NCBI GenBank assembly: GCA_964270895.1 | Contig: OZ185443.1 | Length of the DNA stretch: 64,000 nucleotides | Origin: Podarcis filfolensis | Taxonomy: Eukaryota | Strand: one strand, 5' to 3' | Part shown: piece by piece, positions 1 through 12,852 of the stretch | How positions within the stretch are numbered: position 1 is the stretch's first letter | How the letters are laid out: each line of letters opens with the position of its first letter | The notes under the pieces: generated by a model | Databases searched by the model: none | The model's input: only the letters and a program-made list of their open reading frames with translations | What the model was told of the DNA's origin: nothing | Made by a program: the position numbers and the translations under genes

Positions 1-765
1 CAGGTGCAAAATGCACCTGGTGAATTTTAAACGCTGCTGTGCATAGAAGTTCCTTTTCATTGCTATGCTACACAGGCCATGTGCACATCTGCCTTTGCTT
101 CTGTATTTATTTAGTACATTCCCTTTTCCCTATGCTGTGGCCCTGAGCACCTGCTTTTCATTAAGAAAGAGGCACAGCAGCCCCTAAGGTCAATTAATCT
201 CATGTGTGGCTTGGCCCTATCAGACCTGTGGTTTTGGCTTATGGTTCGGTGGTTAAAAGTTACAACTAGTGACTGTGTACGAGGGTTAGCACAGTGGCTG
301 AGTGTGCCAGCTGGAAGTTCTCTGATTTAGGCCTTCCTCATTTGCTTAGTAGCCTTTAAAAGCAATCCAGCCCCATCTTGTGCTCGGCTTGGGGCTTGGA
401 GTGAGCAGAGCTCTCTCTCCACTGAGCTGCTCTTCTGCTAGTCACCCAACGTAAGGGTTGGTAGGATGCTCACTGGTGGAGTCTTCACTGGCAGATCCCA
501 GCAGAAAGCCCTGATGGAGGAGATGGGGCAGGGCTGAGTCAGCCCAGAATCCACTCTGTCCCAATCTGGTCTTGCTGCTGTCATACAGTGGCATTCATTG
601 GCCCAGATCTGGGCTTGACCACTACATCAGCCTGGAGCTGGTGTTGACCTCAGGGCTGAATGCCCCACACCTTCTGAGTGGCTGGGCTCAGCATACACTT
701 TGCAGTGACCTGCTGAGAGTGGGTCATTGTTTGGATTATGCCCTTAGACAAGCTGCCTTCTCCAA

Positions 766-1016
766 GAAGAAGAAGAGGAGGAGTTTGGATTTGATATCCC
801 GCTTTATCACTACCCGAAGGAGTCTCAAAGCGGCTAACAATCTCTTTTCCCTTCCTCCCCCACAACAAACACTCTGTGAGGTGAGTGAGGCTGAGAGACT
901 TCAAAGAAGTGTGACTAGCCCAAGGTCACCCAGCAGCTGCATGTGGAGGAGCGGAGACACGAACCCGGTTCACCAGATTACGAGTCTACCGCTCTTAACC
1001 ACTACACCACACTGGC
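766..1016 (-). mobile_element. CORE-type tRNA SINE with (CTT)n tail (probably Squam3-like)
   Basis: Head ccagtgtggtgtagtggttaagagc, CORE-like ggtgaccttgggctagtcac, end atatcaaatccaaactc(ctt)n. TSD tctccaag. Confidence 0.85.
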
Positions 1017-1100
1017 TCTCCAAGCTTCAGTTTCTCCACCTGCAATGTGGGATAATCATACTTACCCCTTACAGGGCTCTTTTGGTTACGAGATAATGTA

Positions 1101-1313
1101 CAGTTGTACCTTGGAAGTTGAACAGAATCCATTCCAGAAGTCCGTTCGACTTCCAAAACCAAATTGCGACTTCTGATTGGCTGCAGGAAGCTCCCCTTGG
1201 ACGTTCAGATTCCAAAAGAATGTTCGCAAACCGGAACCATCACTTCTGGGGTTGCAGCATTCGGGAGCCAAAACGTTCGAGTTCCAGGGCATTCAGGATC
1301 CAAGGTACAACTG
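1101..1313. mobile_element. Tc1/mariner (pogo/Tigger-like) MITE
   Basis: TIR CAGTTGTACCTTGGA...TCCAAGGTACAACTG with TA TSD. Confidence 0.88.
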
Positions 1314-1920
1314 TATATTAAATAGCTTGAATGCTCTAAAGTGATGCAGTGCACTGTTATAATTTAGCCTCTACACATAAATTCACCTGGATTCAGATTT
1401 AGTTCTAAGCAGCTGAGACAGTACCTTCCTGTTTTGACGCTCCCCAGGGAACCCCCTCCTGCTCCTGCAACAGCCCATCAATTCTCAGGACGTGCAAATC
1501 TATGCAAGGTCAAACTTTCCATGACCCCACTAGCAATTCTGGTAAAAGCCAAGTAAATGGACGAGGGGACCAGTGCCAAAGCAGTAGTGACTGAACTAAG
1601 CTAAGAAATCCCTACCTAGGGGACATGTACAAGCTGTGCACTTATCTATTCTAGAAATAGCACCATGCAGAGATCCAGAGTCAGTCATTGAGTCTTGGTT
1701 TCCACATGGCAGCTGTCAGATCTTGCATGGTGTCAGTCCCACTGGGGAGGGAAACTCAAGTATAGGGTTGTCTACTCTGTAAAGAATCATGCAATCTGGG
1801 GAATCGATCCGCTAAGCAATTCTTTGTTGCAACTCCCCTGTGTGGAGCCGTAGAAGGCAGCTGCCATTGGGCTGTGTTGGCCGTGTGAACTGACACTCAT
1901 TGTTGCTATTAAAAAGATTG

Positions 1921-2271
1921 TAAAGGTAAAGGAACCCCTGACCATTAGGTCCAGTCGTGGCCGACTCTGGGGTTGCGGCGCTCATCTCGCTTTATTGACC
2001 AAGGGAGCCGGCGTACAGCTTCTAGGTCACGTGGCCAGCATGACTAAGCCACTTCTGGCGAACCAGAGCAGTGCATGGGAACACCGTTTACCTTCCCACT
2101 GGAGTGGTACCTATTTATCTACTTGTACTTTGACGTGCTTTTGAACTGCTAGGTTGGCAGGAGCAGGGACTGAGCAACGGGAGCTCACCCCGTTGCGGGG
2201 ATTCGAACCGCTGACCTTCTGATCGGCAAGTCCTAGGCTCTGTGGTTTAACCCACAGCGCCACCTGCATCC
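1921..2271 (-). mobile_element. Sauria SINE (Squam1-type)
   Basis: Head gggatgc.ggtggcgctgtgggttaaaccac, (ACCTTT)n tail. TSD ttaaaaagattg at 1909 and 2272. Confidence 0.93.
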
Positions 2272-3706
2272 TTAAAAAGATTGCAGTTACCTGGAAACAC
2301 TGGCTGCTTGTTCTGGTTTGGGCTCAATAATGCTGGTTCAGTGTGGCTTCACCCCCTTCCTGTTCCAAAAGGCCTGCTCTTCAGCATCAACATGGGTCTT
2401 TAAAAAGAGAAAGAAGAAGTAATTAGAATCATTGCCAGTATCCTCAAGGCAGCGCTGGAGACCAGGAATGAGCAAGTAAACAAAGCTTGAACCTTAAATG
2501 TCCCTCTCTGCACACTATTTGCAGTCAGTGAGAATGGGCTGGGGCATATCAGGGATTCTCAGTTGTGTGTGTGAAAGGGAGGTTACTGGTGGCGAGTCTT
2601 CTGACTGCTGGGGGGGCAGGATTGCCCCACAAATACCCTTGTGAATAGGTTACTTTTGGGGAGGGTGCTAGCAGAACTAGCGGCAGTGGAAAGTGGGAGC
2701 TGGAGGGAATTGCAACATGTTTTTCCTCTCTCCTGCAATTACTCCTCCAAAAATTTCCCTTGAAAATTCTGCCCTGAGCTCTTGACTCAGCCCTAGGCAT
2801 ACTGCAGCATCATCTGTTGTTAATGCGTAGCATTTGGGGAGTTGTGAGGAGGGGGAATATGAATTTGGGTTGAATTGAATTCCCTGCCCCTTAGTTATGG
2901 TTCCACCTGTGGACTTAAAAAAGGAAACAAACATTGGCTAACCAAATTGGGCTTGTGGGAGATGGGAAATGGTTGGTTCACACTGCAACCGAATGACAAG
3001 CTCTTTGGGTACAGATAAGCTAAGTCATTAGTCTTCCAGTCTCAAAATGAGGATAACCAAAGCAGTCTACTTTGCAGGGCTCTTTGTAAAGATTACTAAG
3101 ACTGCATGAAAGGCCCTTTGAACAATTGAAGTGCACTATGTGTGTACTTTGCGAACACTCAATTCGTATAGTACATTTGCACCTTGTGACTATTTTGAAC
3201 ATTTTTACACAAATCATCGCTGATGATTTCAAAGAACGTGGAATTTTTTTTTTTTACACTGAAGGAATGAAAGGATGAGAGAGACCCATTTTCCATGACT
3301 ACAGAAAGTCCTGCCCAGGCCCTGTCTGACTTTTGCACATATAGGGGCAATGCCTGGTGATACCGTCAATCACGGGGTCTAGAAACATGCAATTTTTTTT
3401 TTAGATTAAAAAGCTGGAGTTAGTAGTATGCACAGTTCTGTGCTGGACAGCAGATTCTGCCATTGAGTAAAACTTCTATAGGTTCATCACCATGTGCCCT
3501 TCCGAATATGATAGATACCTATTGCTTTCCTGACATGTTCTGTCACTTATATAGTGTAGACATAATGAATGCTTGGTGTAGGAGACCACCTGGGGACATT
3601 GTATATGCCACCCCCAGTCTTTCACCAATGGGTGAGAAAGAAGTGTATTAAATGAATAAAAACATAGCAGGGAAGGGTGGAGACCAGTTAGCATTAGCAT
3701 CTAGAA

Positions 3707-3842
3707 CTGTGTCCTTCAACCTTGGTTCCTCAGGTGGTGTTGGACTACAACTCCCATCATCCCTGACCATTGGCTAAGCTAACTGAGGATGATGGGAGTT
3801 GTAGTCCAACAACATCTGGGGACTAAAGGCTGTAGAACACTG
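3707..3842. mobile_element. hAT/Charlie-like palindromic MITE
   Basis: Same internal hairpin. TSD atctagaa / atccaaaa. Confidence 0.78.
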
Positions 3843-4450
3843 ATCCAAAAACAAATACAGAACTTTATGCTGCATGTGTCTGGTGGATGTCAGAGCACTG
3901 TAGGTGCACATCTTTTCTAGTACAATTGCTTCATCTGAAAAGCTGCCTTGGGTTCTCTGGGCTTTTAAGCTGCTTTCCTGAAGGAAGCCACACACCCCTA
4001 AATTCCTAGCCAGTGTATCTCCTTGGGCTGTCACGTGCCCAGTGCACTCATTCCCGTTTTTGTTGAATAAGGACTTTCTCTTGGATGCAGCTTGTCTGAC
4101 CTTCCTAAAGCAATTATCGTGTTGCAGTGCATCCACGAGAGGGTTCAGTGCTTTACCTCCATGGCACCTTCATAAACCACTGGAGAAGAAAATTGTCTTC
4201 TCTCCCTTTTTTTGTTTTGCTTTCAGGAACACTTTGCAGTCTTGACAATGTGCAGCTTGCCCAGGCATTGAAAACTTGTCACTTCACAGCCTTCGTTCGT
4301 TGCTGGAAGTGGGTTTGCGTGTATCAGCCGCTAGGTGACCTTCAATAGCTACATCCAGTCGATTGCTCCTCACCTTAAGAATCTGAGATATGAATGGACC
4401 TTTGGTCCTCCCTTTGCAGCATCAGTAACCATTCTAGGATTCTGAACTGA

Positions 4451-4809
4451 AAAAAGGACCCCTGACAGTTAAGTCCAGTCGCGAACGACTCTGGGGTTGC
4501 GGCGCTCATCTCGCTTTACTGGCCAAGGGAGCCGACGTTTGTCCGCAGACAGTTTTTCCGGGTCATGTGGCAAGCATGACTAAGCCGCTTCTGGCGAAAC
4601 CAGAGCAGTGCACAGAAACGCCGTTTACCTTCCCGCCGGAGTGGTACCTATTTATTTACTTGCACTTTGACGTGCTTTCAAACTGCTAGGTTGGCAGGAG
4701 TTAGGACCGAGCAACGGAAGCTCACCCCGTTACGGGGATTCGAACCGCTGACCTTCTGATCGGCAAGCCCTAGCCTCAGTGGTTTAGACCACAGCGCCAC
4801 CTGCTTCCC
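4451..4809 (-). mobile_element. Sauria SINE, second subfamily
   Basis: Full length. TSD aggattctgaact at 4436 and 4810. Diagnostic segment aaaaactgtctgcggacaaacg. Confidence 0.92.
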
Positions 4810-5361
4810 AGGATTCTGAACTAGGAAACCTCTAATTAACCAAAGTTTCCTGTTTTGTCACTAACCATTACTATGATTGCCAGCTTCAGAATGAGCCAGA
4901 ATATTAAACTTCAAACCATGGTTTGATGTACTGACTTGTTCTGAAGCTGGTAACCGTGGGTTCTCAGTTTAGAAACCGTGGTCAGTTGGTGGCTTCTTGG
5001 CTTTCTCTCACTACAGAAGTAACAGCAAAGTGGCTGCATGTGTAGGCAACAGGTTCTTCGGTTTATTAAGCTGAGATCTCTGCCCTAGGGATAAGGGCAT
5101 AAGGAGTGCTTGGTGGAACAGGCCAGTTGACCCACTGAGTCCAGCATCCTGTTTTCACTATGGCTAACCAGATGCCTGCAGAAAACCCTTAAGTAGGACC
5201 TGAGCACAAGAGAGGGAAATTTGTGCCGTGGGAGGAGAAGAAACTACATTTCTGTAGCTAGCTGTGGATTAACAAACCATCATTAATGATAAAAGAGTTA
5301 TGTTTGCACTAACCTGTTTGTCCGCAGATCGCAAGGCTGAACCTCAACATTGTGTCGTTGG

Positions 5362-5408
<47 letters not shown>
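5362..5408. repeat. (TTA)n microsatellite
   Basis: About 15 units. Confidence 0.97.
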
Positions 5409-5409
<1 letters not shown>

Positions 5410-7209
5410 TTTAAAGCCTGTGACATCAACTATTTCACTGTGTGGTCTTCAGCAAGGAGCTGCCCCCCTCCGCAAAATAAAACGTGGGAATTTCAGTAAC
5501 TGTTGAGGTCTTATTTCATCCCTATTATAGGCATATTAATGTAAACTCTTGATGACATGCCAACAAGAGAAGAAAACGAGCAATTAACATATATTGGGTA
5601 CTTACAGATTTGCTTTTTTTAAACGATTATCTGGATTTTAAGGTATTAGCTGGAGAAATATGCTCCCCCCCCACAATCCCTCTTTAAAGACAAAAAAGAC
5701 TAGTTGTTAGGAGCAGCAGAGAGCTGTGTGCAGGATCCAATGCATATTGAAAATTTGCCTGGGTTCAACTGACCGAATGACTTTGGGATCCAGCACTGCC
5801 AAGCAGCTCGGCTTAGTTGCCCCTCTGCAGACGGGTATTCCCCGCCTCCCAATTTCCCATGTGTTCAGAAAAGGTTGGTGGGGGCAGTCTAAGACAAAGA
5901 GACCCTTGTGAGTTCCAGCAAGTTGCTTGGCAGTGGGCTAAAGTCTTGTTGAATATCTTGCTTCTCAGCTCCTGTGCTTTGAACTGTGCAGAACAGACAG
6001 AAGTTGAACTGTATAATTCTGTCAGGAATTCCTGGAAGATCTACAAGCTGATATAACTGGAGTTCTCTTTGGTACACCAGACTTCAAAAAGTTTTGTAAT
6101 GTTCCCCTGCCACAGTCATCTCCCCGTATAGCATCCATCTCTCTCTCTTTCTTGGGGTATAAGTAAGGTTCCAATATTCAAGGTGCCCAACTTTTTTTTG
6201 GCAGTGCTTTGAATAACACCAAAATCTGACTTTAGGCACAATTGGGTACACCTTCATGGGTTTCAGTGAATTTGGGAGAAAGCCCACACGTTTTCTGTAT
6301 TCCTCCCTTTCTGTTCTAAAATCCACCCCCAACAACTTTAAAGTAAATAATCAAAACTCACCAGTACATTTGTGATGGGGCACAATATTGAAAGTCTGTC
6401 TTAAACCTCTTCTTTCTCTCTTTTCATTCATCCATTTTGTTACTTGTATGGCATAATGTAGGCCTTATTTCTTTTGCTTTCCTCCATTTAAGTTGAGTCT
6501 ATTTAAAGTTACGTTTCTCCTTAGTGCCCTGTTTTTCTTCCTATTCCATCCCTTGTGCAAGGCTTAAGTGGAAACTGTTAATGGGTTGTCCACATTTTTT
6601 CCTTCAGCTGGAAGGTTGTCAAAATATTCCTCTCCTTTATGACCTTCCTCCTCTACACCCAACTATGGGGTAATCACAAGATCCATGCTTAATCCAGAAG
6701 GTACCAGCTTGGAGGCTTGCAAATTGCAAATTGTTGCTTTATGTGATCCAAATTGCTATAAACATGACCTCCCAGCTGTTCTTCCTTACCTTGTTGACTA
6801 ATAACTAACAAGCTATTTAGTGCCGAACCAAAAACACCCCCACCAATTTACTCTTAAAGCACCAGGAAAATGACATGTAAATGGGTTGTAAAATGCTTCT
6901 CTAAATGCCATGCAATTACTTAAAGCGGTAATTGCTAAAGTTTCATTAACAGAGCTTGAAGAAGAAAAAGCTTGCTTAGGTGGAACTGTAATTAGGTTGG
7001 AGGGGGGGAAATCCATTAAATGGGTTTGAGTTGTGTTTTTTTTTTTATTGTATTACAGCTGTCTAGGTGGGAGTAAGTCTAAACAGGCCAGGGCAACTCA
7101 AGTTCACTGCAGATTCTATCCTCTAATAATGCTATTTAAAATTAAAGGCCTTATTGTGAGTCAAAATCTTGCAGTGGGGATGCTGGGACAGGGGCTTCTC
7201 AAACATTTA

Positions 7210-7395
7210 GGGAAAGGACGTATCTCAGTGGCAAGACATCTGCCTCATTTGCAGAAGACTCCAGGTTCAATCCCTGGCATGTCCAGGTTGAGTTGAGGAA
7301 AGAAATTGACCTGAGACCTTGGAGGAGCTTCTGCTGGTCTGTGTAGATAATGCTGAGCTTGGTGGACAGCTCATTTGACTCAGTATTGCAGAGTT
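7210..7395 (+). mobile_element. Old tRNA-Ala-like SINE (possibly Squam2-type); related copies at 11468-11625(-), 14590-14750, 25650-25775, 25890-26078, 50140-50220(-), 57800-57965
   Basis: Shared motif ctcagtgg..agca..tgc..tgcagaagg..ccaggttc.atccctggcat.tccagg...gtgtagacaat.ctgagct.gatggacc. Confidence 0.65.
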
Positions 7396-8706
7396 ATATT
7401 GTGCAATCTATTTAGGGCTACAAGAACACTCTTTTATTTTATCTGACTGCTCACAAATGAGTGTCGTGCTCATTGATTTAGCACAATAGGGAATGCTGGT
7501 AAAAATAGGAATATTGATTGAGCTTCTTCTGCAAGACGTTGGCTAAAAGCAGCAAAATCAAGGTGACAGTTTGCTGTTTAGTTGGTGTGCTTCTTGGCCC
7601 TAAGTCTTCTCTCTGCCCCACTTAATCCTCATACTTCTTATTTTTTTATCACATTTTGAGCACATGGATATGTTGAATTCCACCCATCGGAAGAAAGGGC
7701 ACTAGCGGCACAAGCACGTTTTTGTTCTTCTAATAACTATAATTTTCCCAAACCAGCTTTGCACCTGGAATCTCGTTTCTTTGCTACCATAAACAGAGGA
7801 TGAGTGTGTAAAAATATCCACTGAGCTTTGTCGTAGCCCCCGCTTTTAAAAGAGTTTCCTCCTAAAAGTTTTGCATATCATTATGCTTCTGTTTCTTTCT
7901 CACACAGGATAGTTTTCTTCACATCTTGCTGCTCACACCCCAAAATAGATTTTTGTGTTTGAAGGATAATCCCATGTTTAAAAAAGAGCTATAAGCACTT
8001 ATTTTAAAGGATTTGCTAATTAAGGCATCACATCCATGCGTGCCTGATAAAATTCGAAACTAACCCCACCCACACCTAAAGTTTCATTTTTCTCAGTGTA
8101 CCTGTTACATCTGTCTTACTTATTGAACTCGGGTAGATAATTAATTCTGAAGTTCAATCAATATTGCTAGAGGAGTGATAGAATACAGAGCACAATAGCC
8201 TGTTGGTTCAGTTGTATAATGCTGAATGACAGATAAAACAAGCCCTTGAATGTCAAGTAATCTGAGTAATTTTTATCAGAACAAGCAAAGCCTTAATTTA
8301 TGTTGCATCCTAACATTATGTGTGGCACAGCTCACACAAAACAATTTCCCAGTTCTTTCCTATTCATTTCCCATCAATATATGGGTAGGACTTTCAGCAG
8401 GGGTTGTGAACCCGAGGACCAGACCTGTTCCACAAAGCTGTCTTTTTGCCTTCAATACAACTTCCTTAACTTTTGAAAAGTGCTACCTCTCCCTCTGTCA
8501 AGGTACCCTTTTATAGAAAGTCTAGACATTTGAAGAAACAGGAAGGAGCGCTTCCTTCCATTTTTTGGTCCAGATACGTCTCTCTGTTCCCCCATCTCTA
8601 CTCAGTGTGCAACTGTTCATGTGTGCATTGACCTTGGCCACATCTGCGGCCGGGATGCAAGCTCTCTTTTGGCAGATCTGCAAGAAAAGCCATAATAAAA
8701 CATGGT

Positions 8707-8892
8707 TTCATGGACGAAAACACTATCAATGGCTACTCATGGAGGACGAGGCTATCAAGGGAGAGTGCTCTTATGCTTACGTCCTACTAGGGGTTTCCCA
8801 CATTTGGGCATTTAGTTGGCCATTGTAACGCGATGCTGGACTAGATGAGCCATTGGCCATTGTATAAACAGCAGGCTCTTCTTGCATTCTTC
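8707..8892 (+). mobile_element. Old CR1-type 3' remnant; relatives at 5099-5215(-), 10790-10875, 29170-29306 plus 31784-31855
   Basis: Shared tggttggcca.tgtgagaa..ggatgctg.actagatg...agcaggctc motif. Confidence 0.6.
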
Positions 8893-9016
8893 TTCTTCTT
8901 CCCCTCTGTCCTCTCACACTGGAAAGGGACGCCAAAGGAGGCATTTGGATATGTGTGAGGGAGTGCTAGGGCTAGGAGCTGTCCTGGAGAGCAACTGCCA
9001 ATCAGTGTTGACAGTA

Positions 9017-9243
9017 CAGTGGTACCTTGGGTTACAGACGCTTCAGGTTACAGATGCTTCAGGTTACAGACTCCGCTAACCCAGAAATAGTGCCTCAGGT
9101 TAAGAACTTTGCTTCAGGATGAGAATAAAAATTGCATGGCAGCAGCAGCGGGAGGCCCCATTAGCTAAAGTGGTGCTTCAGGTTAAGAACAGTTTCAGGT
9201 TAAGAACAGACCTCCAGAATGAATTAAGTTCTTAACCCGAGGT
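9017..9243 (+). mobile_element. Tc1/pogo MITE (cagtggtacctc family)
   Basis: ta|cagtggtaccttgggttac. Interior matches 32103-32328. Right TIR eroded. Confidence 0.8.
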
Positions 9244-10069
9244 AGCACCTTACTCTGCTAGATGGGCCAGACCTCTGACTTTGTGGAAGGCTGCTTCCTG
9301 TGTTCATGTAAGCTGTTTGCACAACGCTTCAGAATCTTCTTCATCCTGCATATATTTATTTCTTTTCCACTTAGGCCTAATCCACAAGCAGCCTCCTTTA
9401 ATCTCAGCTTCTCTTCCTCTCCCAGAGTTTGCTTATTTCGAAGCTGACATTTGGCTGCAGCACCTGCTGTTTGGATCCTTCCTGGTCTCCCTTTTGGCAG
9501 AATCAACCGTTAATCCTCAGGATCTGCTTTATGCACCTCAAGGCAAAACTGAGGACAACATTTGCAAACCATTTTTCTTTACGGATTTGTTTCTCTCTTC
9601 TTTCTTTTCCTGACCATTGTTTTGGTCTCTTGGCCTGTTTTTCGGTTCCATCTGATTGTTCCCCTTTTCATCTCTGCTTCTCTTCATCTCCCAGAGTTGC
9701 TTATTTCTGGCGCTGACATTTTGCTGCAACACCTGCTGTTTGGCACCTCGCTAGCCTACCTCTCTGAATCCGCACTAATGAGCTCAGGCAGAACAGAGAG
9801 CTGTCATTCAGGGACCTGCCCTCATTCAAAGCACAGAGCGCGTCAACGTCTCCCCCTCCCCATCACAACAACTGTAGAAGAGGAAACGCTGTCCGTCAGG
9901 AACTATTAATTGGCTGCTCCTACCCAAAGGTCACCAAGGCCTCTTTGTTTTTTCTTAATGAATGGAGGCAGATGATACTAGGGACCTGAGCACACTTGGA
10001 TCCTTTTTGACTGTTCACCTGGACGCAGGTTGAGTACAGAGCAATGGTGGGCATCGAGAAATTCCCCTC

Positions 10070-10240
10070 CCTGTGGAACACCCTCCCATCAGATGTCAAG
10101 GAGACGAAGAGCTTCAAACTTTTAGAAGACACCTGAAGGCAGCCCTGTATCGGGAAGTTTTTCATGTTTGACATTTTACTATGTTTTATATGCACTGGAA
10201 GCTGCCCAGATGGGCAGGATGTAAAACAACAACAACAATT
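10070..10240 (+). mobile_element. L2 3' fragment
   Basis: ctgtggaacaccctcccatcagatgtcaagga...agacacctgaaggcagccctgtatcgggaagtttt. Confidence 0.75.
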
Positions 10241-10420
10241 CCAGTGGTTTTTGTTTTTTATGAATGAATCTATATTCATACAGTGTGTGTGCATGAGAGT
10301 ATCATCTAGAGACCTTGCTTGTCTTATCAACTGCCTACCCCTTCTGAAGATCATTGAGTTCAATCATCCATGTAGTTTGGTGAGGGATATGCCACAGCCC
10401 ATGCGAGAGCATATGCTTTC

Positions 10421-10550
10421 CATAGAACTGTTGAGTTGGAAGGCTCATTTAGTCCAACCCCCTGCAATGCAAGAATATGCAGTTGTCCCATACGGGGATT
10501 GAACCCGCAACCTTGGTGTTATCAGCACCACGCTCTAACCAGCTGAGCTA
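10421..10550 (-). mobile_element. SINE with tRNA-Ile-like head and CR1-derived tail
   Basis: Minus strand tagctcagctggttagagcgtggtgctGATaacaccaaggttgcgggttcaatccccgta resembles tRNA-Ile. It is followed by ttgcattgcagggggttggac...ccttccaactc..ttctatg. Confidence 0.75.
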
Positions 10551-12795
10551 TTGGGAGTGCTCAGTCCTTTGCATCTCTGCTTCAAAGTTTCTAGTAACAA
10601 GTGATAAGTAAGGCTTCTGAAGCTGTCGTAGCTAACCAGAGACTATACTACCTGGTACACAGCACAACATTGCAAACAAATTATGTTCACCATCTTTGTT
10701 CTGTTCCTCTGAGAAGTTTTGGAGCTTGTTTTAAAATCAGTTGTTGAGAATTGCAGATGGCGAAAGAAATCTGCTGTGCTCATGTCTTGCCTCTGGGCTT
10801 TCTATTGGAATCTAGTTGGCAACTGTGAGAACAAGATGCTGTGCCCTTTGCTCTTCTTAAGTTTTCTTAAGTTCCTTAAGGCCTGGTTCGTTTTTGGGCA
10901 TTTTCCTACCTCCTGGGTGAAATTAGGTAGCAAAACTAAAACATGTGGATCAGACGAAAGAGCTTTATGCAACAATCGACTGGGAGAGCTGGGAACAAAT
11001 TGTATGGAAAGAAGTGGATCTTGAACTTGATTTGTTTCTCTCATGTTCAATAACCGAAATGTCACTATTTCATTTGAACTGTAGTTGGGGAACAGAGTTA
11101 TTTCATTTCATTAGAACTCAAGGGCTGCCTTTGGGTGGTAAGAGAAGCACATGTTGCCAAACCACTTAGAGCTAAAGTTGGGGTTATTAAATTTAGGAGC
11201 ACGTGCCGCACTCCTAGCAGCGTCTGTCTTTCCCGCTGAGCTGTGGTTGCAGAAAAAAAGCTTAATTTTAGGTGTGGGTGGGTGGGGGGTAGATTGCATT
11301 GGCACAGGAAGGAACCCATCATTTAGACGAGAGCCCCACTAATTTTGACCTCCACGCAGCATTTCAAGAACAGCCCACTCCATACTGTAGCCTCAGGACA
11401 CATAGCAGCACCAGAAAAGAGCACCAGAAATGTGCTCAACATGGAATTAAACAGAATATAAAAATATTTAGGAACATATGCTATGGCTTTTGGTCCATCT
11501 AGCCCAGTATCGCCAGCACTGACTGACAGCATCTGCCCAGGGTTTCAGGCAGGGCCTCTGGTCCTATCTGGGATCTTCTGCATGGAAAGCAGATGTTATA
11601 CCACTGAACCACAGCTCTTCCTTCTAAGAGAAAGAGAGGGAGCACCACTTACAGCTAGCCAATGGGTGACGGAACTTAAGAGTTCTTTGCATGCATAACC
11701 CACACCTAAATGAGACTTTGCAGCGAGCTTATTTAAAAAATAGTCATGAAATGGACTATATCAGCCTTGGAGGTCAGGACAAGGTACATTTCCCATTAGC
11801 AACAGGGAAATAATTTTAAATATTTTCATAATAGCATCTTGGGAACACCACAAGACAGTAGAATATTTATCAGTGTTATACAGATAAAATTTCCTGAATT
11901 TCAAAACAAGTGCTGTTGCCACTGTTCCCAAAACGATTTACAATACAGTAAAAACATACGTAGAACTGTTGCTCATGTAAAAACAGTTAAAATAGTTTCA
12001 CATATAAAAACTGTAACTCCCTAAATGTCTATACATCTGTCTATCTGCACATACATAAAGTCAATTCAAATCCAATACAGATACATAACTAAAGTGTACA
12101 TAACTAAATTATGTAGACTACATCCAAGTAATTTCTGCTCAGAGTTGACCCATTGAAATTAACAGGTGTAAGTTAGCTGTGGCTGTTTATCTCAAAGGGT
12201 GGGTCTGCTTTGACTCTGATTAATGTTGGATGCAGCTGAATGTCCGGAATCTAGGCTTGCTGAAAAGATTTTTAAAAATCATTTCTGGAGTGGCAGCCAA
12301 ACGGTGTGGCTTCTTTTCATGTGATGCCTCATTAACAGGGGAACAGATGAACCGGGGGCTCTGTCTGCCACTTGACAAAGCCTTCACAAATGTGCAAAGC
12401 AATTAATTAATTAGGAGGTGTGTATTGCTGCCCAAATTTAATGGTACGTGGCGCTGATCTTTTGCTTTGGCAGGGTGACGAATTCCAGAGGGGAAAGCTG
12501 TGCCTGTCTGTCTGTCAGCAAAAACAAAAGCAAGTCTCTTGCTGACAGCTTTAAGTGGAAGTTGCCAATTTGTTTGAGTACAACTCCCATCGTCCCTGAC
12601 CGTTGTTCATGTGGTCTGTGGTGGGTGGGAGCTGGGATCCAACAGGTATCCTGTTGACTAATGCTGCCTTGAAGATTAGCAGTTTCATTGTAGCATTAGT
12701 TTTAACCAGTGCTATTTTGCTAGAAAAAGAGGTGCCGGAACTTGCTATGAACACCTCCTTCGTTTTCTTAGAATGGCAACGTGCTGGAACCAAGT

Positions 12796-12796
<1 letters not shown>

Positions 12797-12848
<52 letters not shown>
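12797..12848. repeat. (TAA)n microsatellite (L2 tail)
   Basis: About 17 units. Confidence 0.97.

Positions 12849-12852
<4 letters not shown>

Larger units (their letters stand above)
735..1345 (+). mobile_element. Ancient MIR/CORE-like SINE split by two younger insertions
   Basis: Removing 766-1016 and 1101-1313 restores ...cttcagtttctccacctgcaatgtgggataat...acagggctc...gagataatg(ta)tattaaatagcttg, a MIR-like 3' half. Confidence 0.6.

Noticed and set aside
572-1096. 174-aa ORF, and similar ORFs at 27529-27861, 55229-55591 and 58673-59101
   Set aside because: These are translations of the (CTT)n SINE (recurring [17 protein letters not shown]...[18 protein letters not shown] peptide), not genes.
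6084-6800. Possible decayed L1 ORF2 C-terminus (CQKKVGHLEYW)
   Set aside because: The motif match is too partial to call without alignment.
10481-10555. Functional tRNA-Ile(GAT) gene
   Set aside because: The acceptor stem is missing and the sequence is fused to a CR1 tail, so it is a SINE head. The same applies to the tRNA-Lys-like and tRNA-Ala-like segments.
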